Source of the DNA: a virus
Length of the DNA: 64,000 nucleotides
Strand: one strand, 5' to 3'
IMG/VR virus record: IMGVR_UViG_3300027895_000001
Span: 1-64,000 of that record
Shown here one piece after another: positions 1-8,839 of the stretch. The notes below the pieces were generated by a model, which saw nothing but the letters and a program-made list of their open reading frames with translations, searched no databases and had not been told where the DNA came from. Every line of letters begins with the position of its first letter. Position 1 is the stretch's first letter. A program made the translations under genes and the position numbers.

Positions 1-153
1 CTGGCGGGATCGCTGGCTGACCAGATGGTCAAATTCCTCAGGGACGTAAAGTGCCGTGGGTGGCTCGTGATCGCGGACTCGCCGCATGCGAGGAAGTTGT
101 GTGAGGAGCGTGGGATGACGCGGGTCAAGTCTCCTGTGTATATTGCGCGATGA
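1..153 (+). CDS. 3' end of an upstream ORF (partial, hypothetical protein)
   Basis: Frame 1 is open from the window edge to TGA 151-153. The stop overlaps the next ATG (ATGA 150-153). No motif recognised. Confidence 0.4.
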   Translation: MAGSLADQMVKFLRDVKCRGWLVIADSPHARKLCEERGMTRVKSPVYIAR

Positions 154-737
154 GCGGCATCGGCACAGACATCGGCAACCTGCTCGGCGGATCGGCGGCC
201 AAGACCGACCGCAAGAACCAGCTCGCCGGATTCGGTGATCTCTCGAACCTGTTCAACTTTGGCATGACACAGGGGAAGAACTCGACCGCAGCGGCGTCGT
301 CGGAGCTGGGCCAGGCAGGCGCGTACTACTCCAAGCTGCTCAGTGGCGACCGGGCGGCTACGCTCAGCGCCGTGGCTCCAACGGTGAACGCAGCAACGCA
401 ACAGACCGACGCGGCCAAGCGCGGGATCGCGTCGAGCGGGACGGCGCGTGGTGGTGGCGTCAACTCCGCCACGCAGACGCTGGAGGATCAGAAGCGAGCG
501 CAGGTGGACTCTGCGGTCAACACGGCCAAGACAGGTGCCGCGCAGGGAGCGACGCAGGTGGGTGGCACCATGGCCTCCCAGGCGGCGAACCTGCTTGGCG
601 TGGCCAACTCGTCCGCGACCAGTCTCACGTCGCTGGCTGGAGACTCACGCAAGGAGTCGAACGCGCTGCATCAGCAATCGGCGGCGTCGGTGGGTAATCT
701 CGCCTCCGACGCGCTCGATGTCATGTTTGGGATGTGA
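150..737 (+). CDS. hypothetical virion-associated protein (Ala/Gly/Ser/Thr/Gln-rich)
   Basis: 195-aa track ORF, coupled to both neighbours. Low-complexity, Cys-free composition like phage internal-virion/ejection proteins. Function not recognisable. Confidence 0.6.
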   Translation: MSGIGTDIGNLLGGSAAKTDRKNQLAGFGDLSNLFNFGMTQGKNSTAAASSELGQAGAYYSKLLSGDRAATLSAVAPTVNAATQQTDAAKRGIASSGTARGGGVNSATQTLEDQKRAQVDSAVNTAKTGAAQGATQVGGTMASQAANLLGVANSSATSLTSLAGDSRKESNALHQQSAASVGNLASDALDVMFGM

Positions 738-741
738 CACT

Positions 742-2091
742 ATGGCTCAAGGCTCACAGACCGTTCCTCCTCCTCCGACAGGCGATCCCAACACGGACGT
801 GCAGGGCGCTGGTAATGGCGGCGGCATGGACCGATTCCGTAGCATCATCTCCCGGCTCAGCGGCGGCGGGACGCCAGCCATCGACAAGGCACTGAAGGCG
901 CATCACGATCAGGTGGTGGCGGATGCACAGCGTCACGCGGACACGGCCAAGCGGTATTACGCGATGGTAGCCAAGGCCAAGCAGGACGGCAAGGATCCGA
1001 CGACTGGGCAGCCGGTGACGCCGGAGCAGTTGCAGCAGTGGCAGCAGATGGCGGATGGTGCGTGGGCGGACTACTCTAAGATCGCCGGGAAGTCGAAGCA
1101 GGCCAAGCCGATCATCCAGCAGATGGGCGGACTGCTCAAGCACATCGCTGGGGCTGGGGGCGGAGCGCAAGGGCAGCCAGGGCAGCAGGGGACGCAGACG
1201 GTACAGCCGCCGCCACAGGGAGCACCCTCGGCGACGACGCAGCCTACCGTCCCGCCCCCACCCGGTACGAATCCATTGCAGGAGTCGGCGGCGGGAGCGG
1301 TACAGGACGCGTCCGCACGTCACGTTGCAGAGCAGTCCGACTTGGACGCTGCGTCCAAGCGCCGCCTCGACGAGAAGAAGACCGAGACGGACATCGCAGC
1401 TAAGGACCGTCAGTCGGAGCGCGAAGCTGAGATCAAGGCCCAGAGCACCGCGCGGCAGGCCGAGGACGAGGCCAAGCACAAAGCCAAGATGGCCGAGATC
1501 GACGAGGCCGCGAAGGCCAAGGCGCTGCACGCCACCTCACACACGGCCAGCAGCGATGAGGATAAATTCCAGCGGGCGCTAGAAAAGTCGGATTATGTTG
1601 CCGCCAAAAAGGTAGTAACCAAGGCACAGGATGACTATGATTCCGCCATCGACCGCCAGACCACGATGGACAAGAACGCTGCAGACATCCTCAAGGCACA
1701 ACAAGAAGGCAAGGACAACCAGCAGGCGATGCTGTCACTCGTCGCCAACCATATTGGGATGACGCTCGGCGCGCAGAAGGGCGCGCGGATCACGCGTGCG
1801 GTATGGGACGAGGCGACAGGAAGCGCTCCTTGGCTAGCTCGCATCGACGCGCACTTCGATAGCGATGGTTATCTCAAGGGCGTAGTACTCACTAACGAAC
1901 AAGTGAACCAGATGGTAGGGCTAGCGCACGACAAAGTGGGTATTTTGAAGGATCACGTCAATCGGATGCAGGATCGCTATAAAAATGAGCTAAGTGTGAA
2001 GGGTCGAGGACGCACGGTTACTACACCACCAGACGGTAGCAGCAAGAAGATCAAAGTCTCCGCCGAGGACATGGCCAATGCCGGACGTTGA
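742..2091 (+). CDS. hypothetical coiled-coil protein, possible internal virion/ejection protein
   Basis: ATG 742 lies 5 nt after the previous stop; the 448 start in the track runs as a shadow frame over ORF 150-737. Pro/Gln-rich N-part, then a long Lys/Glu/Ala-rich helical segment. Confidence 0.6.
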   Translation: MAQGSQTVPPPPTGDPNTDVQGAGNGGGMDRFRSIISRLSGGGTPAIDKALKAHHDQVVADAQRHADTAKRYYAMVAKAKQDGKDPTTGQPVTPEQLQQWQQMADGAWADYSKIAGKSKQAKPIIQQMGGLLKHIAGAGGGAQGQPGQQGTQTVQPPPQGAPSATTQPTVPPPPGTNPLQESAAGAVQDASARHVAEQSDLDAASKRRLDEKKTETDIAAKDRQSEREAEIKAQSTARQAEDEAKHKAKMAEIDEAAKAKALHATSHTASSDEDKFQRALEKSDYVAAKKVVTKAQDDYDSAIDRQTTMDKNAADILKAQQEGKDNQQAMLSLVANHIGMTLGAQKGARITRAVWDEATGSAPWLARIDAHFDSDGYLKGVVLTNEQVNQMVGLAHDKVGILKDHVNRMQDRYKNELSVKGRGRTVTTPPDGSSKKIKVSAEDMANAGR

Positions 2092-3211
2092 GGTCGAGGG
2101 ACCAGACGGCAATACGTATCAGTTCCCCGATGGGACGGATAAGAACGCTGCCATCAAGTATTTCAAGGCCAAGGGGATCGGAGTCAATAAGAACGATAGC
2201 GCGCCTACACTACCGCCCACGAAACAAGGCGCGGTCGGGGCACTGCTTAGCGATCTCAAGGGAATGCTAAAGCCTCGTGGCTACTCTCCGTATCCCGGGA
2301 TGGATCAGGAAGCCAAGTCCGAGGCTGCAGGTCACGCATACGAAGCCGATCAATCACGCAAGCAGGCTGGGTATGGGAGAGTCTACCGCGCGGTAGTTCC
2401 GTTTGCCGAGAGCATTGGCACCAACGTTGAGGGAATGGAGGACGCCGCACGTAAGGGTGATCCGGGTGCGGTGATAGGTCACGCCGTTGCACCAATCGCA
2501 GCCTATGGAGTCGCCAGAACTGGAGCTAAGGTTGGTGGTGCGGTGCTGCGCGCCTCCGACATGATTGGCATTAAGTCACGTGCTGGAGCCGCGTTCGACG
2601 CCATAGAGGGTAAGATCGGAGACGCTCCTGTAGCACACGAGCCTGTACATGCAGCGTTGGATAAGGTTTTCGATCTAGGCGATAAGGGATTCAAGGTTCC
2701 AAAGGTTGCAAAGGCGTATAGCAAGTGGATAACCGAGAGACAACGTAGCGGACATACTGAGCCTGCACCTAGTGGAGGCCGGATAGATACTGGTCCGACG
2801 ACACCGCTGACGTTCAAGGATGCACGTGACTTCTATACAGCGTTCAACGAGTCTATAGATTGGGATAAGGTGCCGGGGGGCAAGGGTGGCAAGATGGGCC
2901 GGGCAATGATGAATGCTCGCCATGAGTTAGGCATGCAGTTGCTCAAGACGGCCAACGAGCAGGGAATGGCCAAAGAATACTCACAGGCTCTAAACGACTA
3001 TCACCGCGCGATGGGATGGCAGACCAAGGCTGGTCCAGTAGGATGGCTAGCAGGAAAGATGGTCGGATATGGTGCTGGTGGCGTAATGGGACATCCGTTC
3101 GTGGGCGGTGCGATTGGGGGCAAGGTAGGACCAGGCATCGCTGGTTCGATGGTACGATCCATTACTGAAGCGGGGCGACCGAAGACGGTTCCGTCGCCGC
3201 CGGACGAGTAG
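2078..3211 (+). CDS. hypothetical protein with C-terminal glycine-zipper-like segment (possible ejection/membrane-inserting virion protein)
   Basis: 377 aa; the start overlaps the previous stop by 14 nt. The C-terminus AGPVGWLAGKMVGYGAGGVMGHPFVGGAIGGKVGPGIAG resembles glycine-zipper membrane motifs. Confidence 0.6.
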   Translation: MPDVEVEGPDGNTYQFPDGTDKNAAIKYFKAKGIGVNKNDSAPTLPPTKQGAVGALLSDLKGMLKPRGYSPYPGMDQEAKSEAAGHAYEADQSRKQAGYGRVYRAVVPFAESIGTNVEGMEDAARKGDPGAVIGHAVAPIAAYGVARTGAKVGGAVLRASDMIGIKSRAGAAFDAIEGKIGDAPVAHEPVHAALDKVFDLGDKGFKVPKVAKAYSKWITERQRSGHTEPAPSGGRIDTGPTTPLTFKDARDFYTAFNESIDWDKVPGGKGGKMGRAMMNARHELGMQLLKTANEQGMAKEYSQALNDYHRAMGWQTKAGPVGWLAGKMVGYGAGGVMGHPFVGGAIGGKVGPGIAGSMVRSITEAGRPKTVPSPPDE

Positions 3212-3377
3212 CGAACGAGACGACTCCGCACCCACGGCACTTTACCACCAGCCGATGCTCCAGCCGCTCGCGGTCGTCAGCGTCGAGCCGCATGATCTTC
3301 CACTGGGCGTCGCAGCGGTAGCACGGAGCGTCAAGCGGGACAGGATTGAGCGCGTTGTGAGGTCGAATGGTCATCAC
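3162..3377 (-). CDS. possible small zinc-ribbon protein
   Basis: CYRC...CRGC pairs. However, its 5' end overlaps the start of the divergent nuclease gene and its 3' end overlaps ORF 2078-3211, so it may be an antisense artefact. Confidence 0.3.
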   Translation of the reverse strand: MMTIRPHNALNPVPLDAPCYRCDAQWKIMRLDADDRERLEHRLVVKCRGCGVVSFATRPAATEPSSVAPLQ

Positions 3378-4401
3378 GGCATCGGATCTTCGGAACTACC
3401 AGAGTTGTCGCCGCCGCTGGCTGCTGGAGCGGTCGTGGCGCGTGGCCCGGTGGAGGCCGCAGCATCTCTTTCGTGCGTGCTTGCGTGAGGGAGTTTTTCA
3501 GCTATCAACAGGTTGCGAGATCGCCATTGTTCGAACCAACCAACGAACTCGGTTTTTATCGGAAGCTGCACGTCCGGGTTTGGACTTTGTGTCAGGCGAT
3601 CCATGGACAGTAGCGCAGGACTGGGCTGGGATGATATCGACGGTATTGACCGCACTATCTCGTCTAGTGCTGCTAACTGTTTCTCGTCCAAGTACGCTAC
3701 CTCTGATAGATGGATTATCATGGCTCCCCTCCACATGGATCGACGACTCCGGCACTCTGCACCGCTGGATCACTGCCTCGATGTGGAACGACGACGCGCT
3801 GGCGCGGGAGGCGCATGGCTGGCCGGTGATCGCCGACATGGTGATGCTCGACGCGCCGCTCCAACTCCACGTGGTCGAGATCGGCCAGCAGCGTGACGGC
3901 CGACGGTACTCCCCCTGGGCGCGGTGTTACCGTCACCCGATCATCGCAGGGCAGTTCCGCTTCCAGCGGCCCGACGGCAAGGGCGGATGGCGCAAGCTCT
4001 CCGGCGAGCAGTGGCGACCGTTGTGGTACGCCGACCAGACCAAGCCCGATCCCGAGGCGTGGTGCGACCTGATGGACGCCGACCACGTCACGCCTTCCCT
4101 TCTGCATCACATATCCATGTCGCAACCTTCGCCGCAGGCGTCACGCCGAGTACGTGCAGAGATAGCGCAATTGGCGTCAGAGATGCAAGCTGCTGCGACG
4201 CGGGCGACTCGATCGGCGGATGGGATGGCAGAGCCGATGGCGCGGGGCGCGTGTGATCCTATGGGAGGTCCGTGCCAGTGGCAAAACTGTTGCTTCGCTC
4301 CCGATCCCGACAAACTAGACATTGGCTCCCTCGGGTTGTATCAAATTCGACAGCTTCCTGAGACGACGCCGCTCGGCCTCGTGCGCTCGCTTGTGCGCTA
4401 G
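3367..4401 (+). CDS. PD-(D/E)XK nuclease, Cas4/RecB-like with Fe-S type cysteines
   Basis: N-terminal ITASDLRNYQSCRRRW is the typical start of Cas4-like nucleases, including the first Cys. C-terminal cysteine cluster CDPMGGPCQWQNCC. Confidence 0.6.
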   Translation: MVITASDLRNYQSCRRRWLLERSWRVARWRPQHLFRACLREGVFQLSTGCEIAIVRTNQRTRFLSEAARPGLDFVSGDPWTVAQDWAGMISTVLTALSRLVLLTVSRPSTLPLIDGLSWLPSTWIDDSGTLHRWITASMWNDDALAREAHGWPVIADMVMLDAPLQLHVVEIGQQRDGRRYSPWARCYRHPIIAGQFRFQRPDGKGGWRKLSGEQWRPLWYADQTKPDPEAWCDLMDADHVTPSLLHHISMSQPSPQASRRVRAEIAQLASEMQAAATRATRSADGMAEPMARGACDPMGGPCQWQNCCFAPDPDKLDIGSLGLYQIRQLPETTPLGLVRSLVR

Positions 4402-4932
4402 AACTGCCGCGTACTTTATTGGATCGGCTTGGAGCTTGGCCCAGTTTTCCTGATTCAACTTGGGATTGAGTTCCCTTCTCTGTCTCTCGTGTTCTCGCTT
4501 GCAGGTAAGACAGAATCGAGTTCCACAACTGAGACATGTATTTTCGAGTGTATAGGCGTGTCCTTGTGGACAGAAGGATAGCCGACTGCGAATCATCCCC
4601 GGAGACTGTCCTCGATGAACGTTTACTATGTGTTCTACCGACTCCAGATGATCTAGTCGAACGCATGGACGATTCCTGCAAAGGTGATCCAGTTCCAATG
4701 GAAAGGGAGGAAGATCGTTGTGTGCTACGAACCATGCTACTTCGTGACCGCGTACCGGACGTTTTATTCCGCCACCTATTGAGAGGTAAGAATATCCCTC
4801 CGAGTCTGGCTTGCCATCCAACGTCCAGCAACCATCGGTGACTATCAACTTTGCCCAGAACCGCTCCACAATGTTCGGGCTTGCTCGTAGCATATCCAAC
4901 AACCGTTGGCGAGTTTCTAAGGTTCTTCGCAT
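4315..4932 (-). CDS. HNH homing endonuclease
   Basis: HNH core DHLCRNRPCVRLDHLE plus a C-terminal CPQGH...CLSCGTRFCLTC zinc ribbon. GGAGGAGT RBS. Visibly AT-richer than the flanks. Confidence 0.85.
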   Translation of the reverse strand: MRRTLETRQRLLDMLRASPNIVERFWAKLIVTDGCWTLDGKPDSEGYSYLSIGGGIKRPVRGHEVAWFVAHNDLPPFPLELDHLCRNRPCVRLDHLESVEHIVNVHRGQSPGMIRSRLSFCPQGHAYTLENTCLSCGTRFCLTCKREHERQRRELNPKLNQENWAKLQADPIKYAAVLAHKRAHEAERRRLRKLSNLIQPEGANV

Positions 4933-4973
4933 ACTCCTCCAATATTACACGCAGACGAGCGTTCGTCGAAGGT

Positions 4974-5114
4974 TCAGGATTGTGCCGTAGCCAGCGCCAC
5001 ATGAGACTCTCCTTTCACTGACACCTCGTGCATGTCGGACCAGTTGTCCCCAGCGCAGCATTCCGCGTCGATCCACAGTCCCTCTGGCGCTATCGTGGGA
5101 TGTCGCAGGCTCAT
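4974..5114 (-). pseudogene. stranded native 3' end of the DNA polymerase gene (46-codon ORF, possibly still translated)
   Basis: Reads MSLRHPTIAPEGLWIDAECCAGDNWSDMHEV..., parallel to the polymerase C-terminus VHPTIAPDGLWIDVELNAGKNWAEMKEV (ends at 6032). GC-rich, unlike the flanking AT-rich genes. Its ATG overlaps the Lar-like stop (ATGA 5111-5114). Below the ORF-track length cutoff. Confidence 0.65.
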
Positions 5115-5536
5115 ACACCTTTGCACTCATTACACAACTCATTAGGTAGGATTACGTCGGCTCCACAGGCATCACAACTACCGTGACCAACTCTACGATT
5201 CCACCGCTCTATAAGTTGTGGTCTCCCATCATCCTTTAATGAATACTGCAAATTGGTTGACGCTGCACACATCGGGTTAGTGCACTCGATAAAGTTAGCT
5301 CCATCGTCAGCATCCTGCAGTTCAGCGCTGGAACCACAAAACGGGCAAGGCTTAAGTTCATCCATAGTGTTCTTCTTCTTCGGCACAAAAGTATGAGCCT
5401 TGCTGAAAGGCAAATGTGATATTCCTGCGTGCTCGTCCGTTGCTTCAGGATACCCACACCTCTCACATACAATAGATTTTCCATCCTTGGATAACTGGCC
5501 CTCAGTACAATAAGGCCAAGACTTTTTCATGCTCAT
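5111..5536 (-). CDS. Lar-family restriction-alleviation-domain protein with extra zinc ribbons
   Basis: KPCPFCGSSAELQ...FIECTNPMCAAS...LIERWNRR matches the Lar family pattern (CPFCG...C..C...WNRR). Start chosen at MSMKK (GGAGG 5 nt upstream, ATGA overlap with the HNH stop). Confidence 0.6.
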   Translation of the reverse strand: MSMKKSWPYCTEGQLSKDGKSIVCERCGYPEATDEHAGISHLPFSKAHTFVPKKKNTMDELKPCPFCGSSAELQDADDGANFIECTNPMCAASTNLQYSLKDDGRPQLIERWNRRVGHGSCDACGADVILPNELCNECKGV

Positions 5537-6063
5537 ACATGCCTCCACGTCTTGCGTCGTACGATACAACTAACGTTCATTCGATGGACCCCGAATATCT
5601 CAGCTAACTGAGTGTAAGTAAAGTCCCCAGTAGCGGCCATGCTACGCATCTTCAAAACTTTTCTCTCGTTTAACTTGGCATTGCCGTGCTTTGATCCCTT
5701 GTTATCGGACTTAGGTATACGCCCACGTCCTTTAGTCCAACAATCCCGCATGTTATCGCCATGTGTCCCAAGGAATAGATGGGCAGGATTGACGCAGGGA
5801 GGATTGTCACAAGAGTGCAATACCTCCATACCATCAGGTATATCTCCCTTAGTAAGCATCCAAGCTACTCTGTGAGCCAACTGAGCGGAATCCTCGTACC
5901 GGAAGCAGCCATAGAACTTATCAGGAGTCTGCGCTGATGTTTTATTGCCACGCCGCGCCGCCATCCACAACCAGCAGTCCCCCTTAGGCCCAAGTCCAGG
6001 GCTATTGTCTACCTTATCCCAGAACAGCACTTCAGGCGTTCGTGACTGCGACCATTGGGACAT
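5533..6063 (-). CDS. HNH homing endonuclease with C-terminal HTH-like tail
   Basis: HSCDNPPCVNPAHLFLGTHGDNMRD core. The tail YTQLAEIFGVHRMNVSCIVRRKTW looks like an HTH. AT-rich. The start overlaps the polymerase stop by 32 nt. Confidence 0.85.
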   Translation of the reverse strand: MSQWSQSRTPEVLFWDKVDNSPGLGPKGDCWLWMAARRGNKTSAQTPDKFYGCFRYEDSAQLAHRVAWMLTKGDIPDGMEVLHSCDNPPCVNPAHLFLGTHGDNMRDCWTKGRGRIPKSDNKGSKHGNAKLNERKVLKMRSMAATGDFTYTQLAEIFGVHRMNVSCIVRRKTWRHV

Positions 6064-8839
6064 TGATCTTAACCTCTTTCATCTCCGCCCAGTTCTTACC
6101 TGCGTTCAGTTCGACATCTATCCACAGGCCATCGGGAGCTATAGTCGGATGTACCAACACCTTACTAGGCTCAACAAGGACTGGGTAAACTTCCGCGACG
6201 TGTTGCTCCAACTCGTCCTCGCGAACAATAAATAACAAATTATCGTGAATATTATTACACAAGTTATATTTCGAGTCAAGTCCTTTATTGTGGAGCAATT
6301 TCATATGCTCTCGTATGTAGCCAAACGCAATGTTAGAGAGGTGATAGGAGATCGCTTCCTCCGCCTGATCCCCATGCGAGTAAGCAGCTTTCTTATAATC
6401 CCACCGGAAGACTTCATAGAACCTCCGCATGTGGCCGTATTCGGTGCGCTGATACTGCTGGTCATGCGCTAGTTGCTGCGCTCGCTTCTGCCACGTGAAT
6501 ATCTTGGGAAACACTTCCTCGTAATCGTCGAGGATGCTTTGCGCCTCCTTGATCGACTTAAAGAACTCCATGTAGCGTTCGAATAGGCCCTTGGCCTTGA
6601 GCCCGTTGCCGATCCCGAGCCCAGCATGTTTGATCTTGGAGTCGCGGATGTGTTTGTATTCCTCGTTCGACTTGAGCCATCGACAGCGCGCCTTGATCTC
6701 GTCGTCGGATTCGCGGACCAGATCCTGCGCCCGCCATAGCTTGAGAAAGTGGCCAGTCATGATGGAGTGCATGTCGATGCGCGCAAATCGGATATACGTC
6801 TCGTCCTCCGCGAGGAATCCGAGCGTTAGTACGTGGCACGACTTATAATCCCACTCCGCGAATAGGTAGCCGTTAGGCGCCTTAATCATACGGCGCGTGG
6901 CTCGGGCCAGCCGACCGTGCTTGGGGAAATTCTGTATGTTGGGATTGCGCGACGACAGTTGGCCGATGCCGGTGTCGAAGGTGAACGTAGTGTGGACGCA
7001 ACCGTCAGCGTGCGGGACGAACCCGTTGATATACGTCCCTCGCATCTTCCCCAGCTCGCGGTACTCGATCACGCGGAGGTAGAAGTCGTCGTCGGTGCGA
7101 TGCGCCAGTCTCACGAGTTCTTTCTTGGCCGTCGTGTCCTTGTCGTTGCCTTCGTCGTCTTGCTCGCGGGATTTGGGACGCTTGTGACCCTTAGCATCCA
7201 TGTATCGCTTGAGTTGGTCCGGCGAATTCGGATTGAAAGGCACGACACGACACCAGCGTGTAAGTCGCTCAGTGCATGGCTCGCCTGTCTCCCCGGAAAT
7301 GGCAGCAACTGAGAAAGATCGCTGCACCAATCCTGTAGTGTCTTTCGGCTTACGTATGTAACCGTAGTCATAGTTCCCTTTCTTCCCGCGCCGTGGCTCC
7401 AGTCCCAGCACTTCCTCCGGCACCCGGCGCTGCAACTCCGCGTCCAGCTCCTGTTGCGCCAAGTCGAACTCCCCGTCCAGCTTCAGCCGCTCGGCGTCGT
7501 CGACTGGGAGCCCGCGCCGCTCCATCGCCGCGAGGATCGGCCGCACCTGCTGCACCTGGCCCACGTACCCACCCACGCAGTCACCGCTGGCGTCGTAGGG
7601 GGAGTCGTAGATCCCGTCGCGCCGCAGCGCGTCGAGCAGGAACGTATACAGGCGCAGGGTCGCGTCCACGTCCACGCAGCCATAGAATTCGAGGTTGGTC
7701 GCCGCGAGGTGCTTCCACGGGAACGGGAACTGGACGAACTGCGCCGCGAACTGGAGGTGCGCGGGCAGGTCCGGCTGCCAGTGGTGGAACATCTGCAGGG
7801 TGTCGTGGACTACGCCGCGTGGTCGGAGGTCTAGTCCTTCTCGCTGGCCGCAGGCTTCTAGGACTTTGTTGTCGAAGAGCCACACATGATGTCCAACCTT
7901 CACATTGTTGCTGTGTAAGATTGACTCAGCGACCTCTCGATATCCTCCTTCCCAAGGGAAAGCGATACCTTCGCCTGTTCTAAGAGAGAACTGGATAAGC
8001 CGGATCCGAGTGTCGGTAAATCCGTCTCTAGCATCTTCATCGAGACTTGCAGATTCGTAAGTCTCGATATCGTAGCTGAAAGGGAGTCCGCTGTTGCCTT
8101 TAACTCGTAGCGAAAAAGATCGAGCCTCGTCAAGGCTAGGATGTAGCGAATATCTGAGCTGTCCATACATCTCACTCCTTTCAGGATCAATATTCCATAT
8201 CCACTCCCGGTCCCGTCCAGCAGCGACGTTGACCGCGCGCTGGAGGGTGCGGGCGAATACTCCCTGCAGGTGGGCCGCGCCACGGCGGATGAACGCGGGA
8301 TGGAATGTCGATACAGTCGGTATCTGATCCGGTCCCGGCAACACATACCCGCAGAGATGGCTCACTCCCCTAGCCTCTCCCGCCTCCCCCGTCAGCTCCC
8401 GCGTGGCCGTATCGCCAAGCGCCAGGATCGCCCGTGGCCGACGGTCGCGGATCGCGGCATCGAGGTTGGGCCGGCAGTGGGTGAGCGCCGACCACTCCCA
8501 CGGCGCGCCTGCGAGCCAGTTCTTGGCCGGGCGGCAGCGCAGGGTGTTCGTGATCGAGAATTGCTGGCGCGAGTAGCCCATCCGTTTGAAGGTGCGTTCG
8601 AGGACGGAGCCGCTGGGAGCGTAGGGGCGCAGGGGGAGTTGGTCGCGGGCCTCAAGCTCGCCGGATGCCTCTGCGACGATCATCACGCCCAGCGAGCCCG
8701 TGCCCTCGACGGCGGAGAAGTCGGTGCCCATAGAGTGACAGGGGCAGCCCTCGCAACTATTTGGTTTCTGGCGCACTGTCGTCCTCGATGAAGATCTCTG
8801 GGAAATCTCTACGAATGTGTGCCTCACCAAACGTGTCAA
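6032..8839 (-). CDS. family A DNA polymerase with N-terminal family-4 UDG-like domain and 3'-5' exonuclease region
   Basis: - UDG-like: CEGCPC, VMIVAEASGELE, FHPAFIRRG.
- Exo I-like: FSYDIETYES.
- Pol motifs: EWDYKSCHVLTLG (A-like), RDSKIKHAGLGIGNG (B-like), NNIHDNLLF (C-like).
- The start could lie downstream of 8839, since it overlaps ORF 8757-8963. Confidence 0.9.
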   Translation of the reverse strand: MTRLVRHTFVEISQRSSSRTTVRQKPNSCEGCPCHSMGTDFSAVEGTGSLGVMIVAEASGELEARDQLPLRPYAPSGSVLERTFKRMGYSRQQFSITNTLRCRPAKNWLAGAPWEWSALTHCRPNLDAAIRDRRPRAILALGDTATRELTGEAGEARGVSHLCGYVLPGPDQIPTVSTFHPAFIRRGAAHLQGVFARTLQRAVNVAAGRDREWIWNIDPERSEMYGQLRYSLHPSLDEARSFSLRVKGNSGLPFSYDIETYESASLDEDARDGFTDTRIRLIQFSLRTGEGIAFPWEGGYREVAESILHSNNVKVGHHVWLFDNKVLEACGQREGLDLRPRGVVHDTLQMFHHWQPDLPAHLQFAAQFVQFPFPWKHLAATNLEFYGCVDVDATLRLYTFLLDALRRDGIYDSPYDASGDCVGGYVGQVQQVRPILAAMERRGLPVDDAERLKLDGEFDLAQQELDAELQRRVPEEVLGLEPRRGKKGNYDYGYIRKPKDTTGLVQRSFSVAAISGETGEPCTERLTRWCRVVPFNPNSPDQLKRYMDAKGHKRPKSREQDDEGNDKDTTAKKELVRLAHRTDDDFYLRVIEYRELGKMRGTYINGFVPHADGCVHTTFTFDTGIGQLSSRNPNIQNFPKHGRLARATRRMIKAPNGYLFAEWDYKSCHVLTLGFLAEDETYIRFARIDMHSIMTGHFLKLWRAQDLVRESDDEIKARCRWLKSNEEYKHIRDSKIKHAGLGIGNGLKAKGLFERYMEFFKSIKEAQSILDDYEEVFPKIFTWQKRAQQLAHDQQYQRTEYGHMRRFYEVFRWDYKKAAYSHGDQAEEAISYHLSNIAFGYIREHMKLLHNKGLDSKYNLCNNIHDNLLFIVREDELEQHVAEVYPVLVEPSKVLVHPTIAPDGLWIDVELNAGKNWAEMKEVKINVPMVAVTNA

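Noticed and set aside
448-741. Upstream extensions of track ORFs: 448-741 here, and likewise 56924-57148, 45889-46011, 50868-50984, 54346-54474, 53188-53391, 13282-13347, 18440-18490 and 16846-16953
   Set aside because: Each extension overlaps the preceding gene in another frame, while an internal start with an RBS or a 1-4 nt stop/start overlap gives a compact operon.
4259-5002. 247-aa minus ORF overlapping the HNH gene in another frame
   Set aside because: Ser/Arg-rich with no motifs. The HNH frame (4315-4932) carries clear catalytic and zinc-ribbon signatures.
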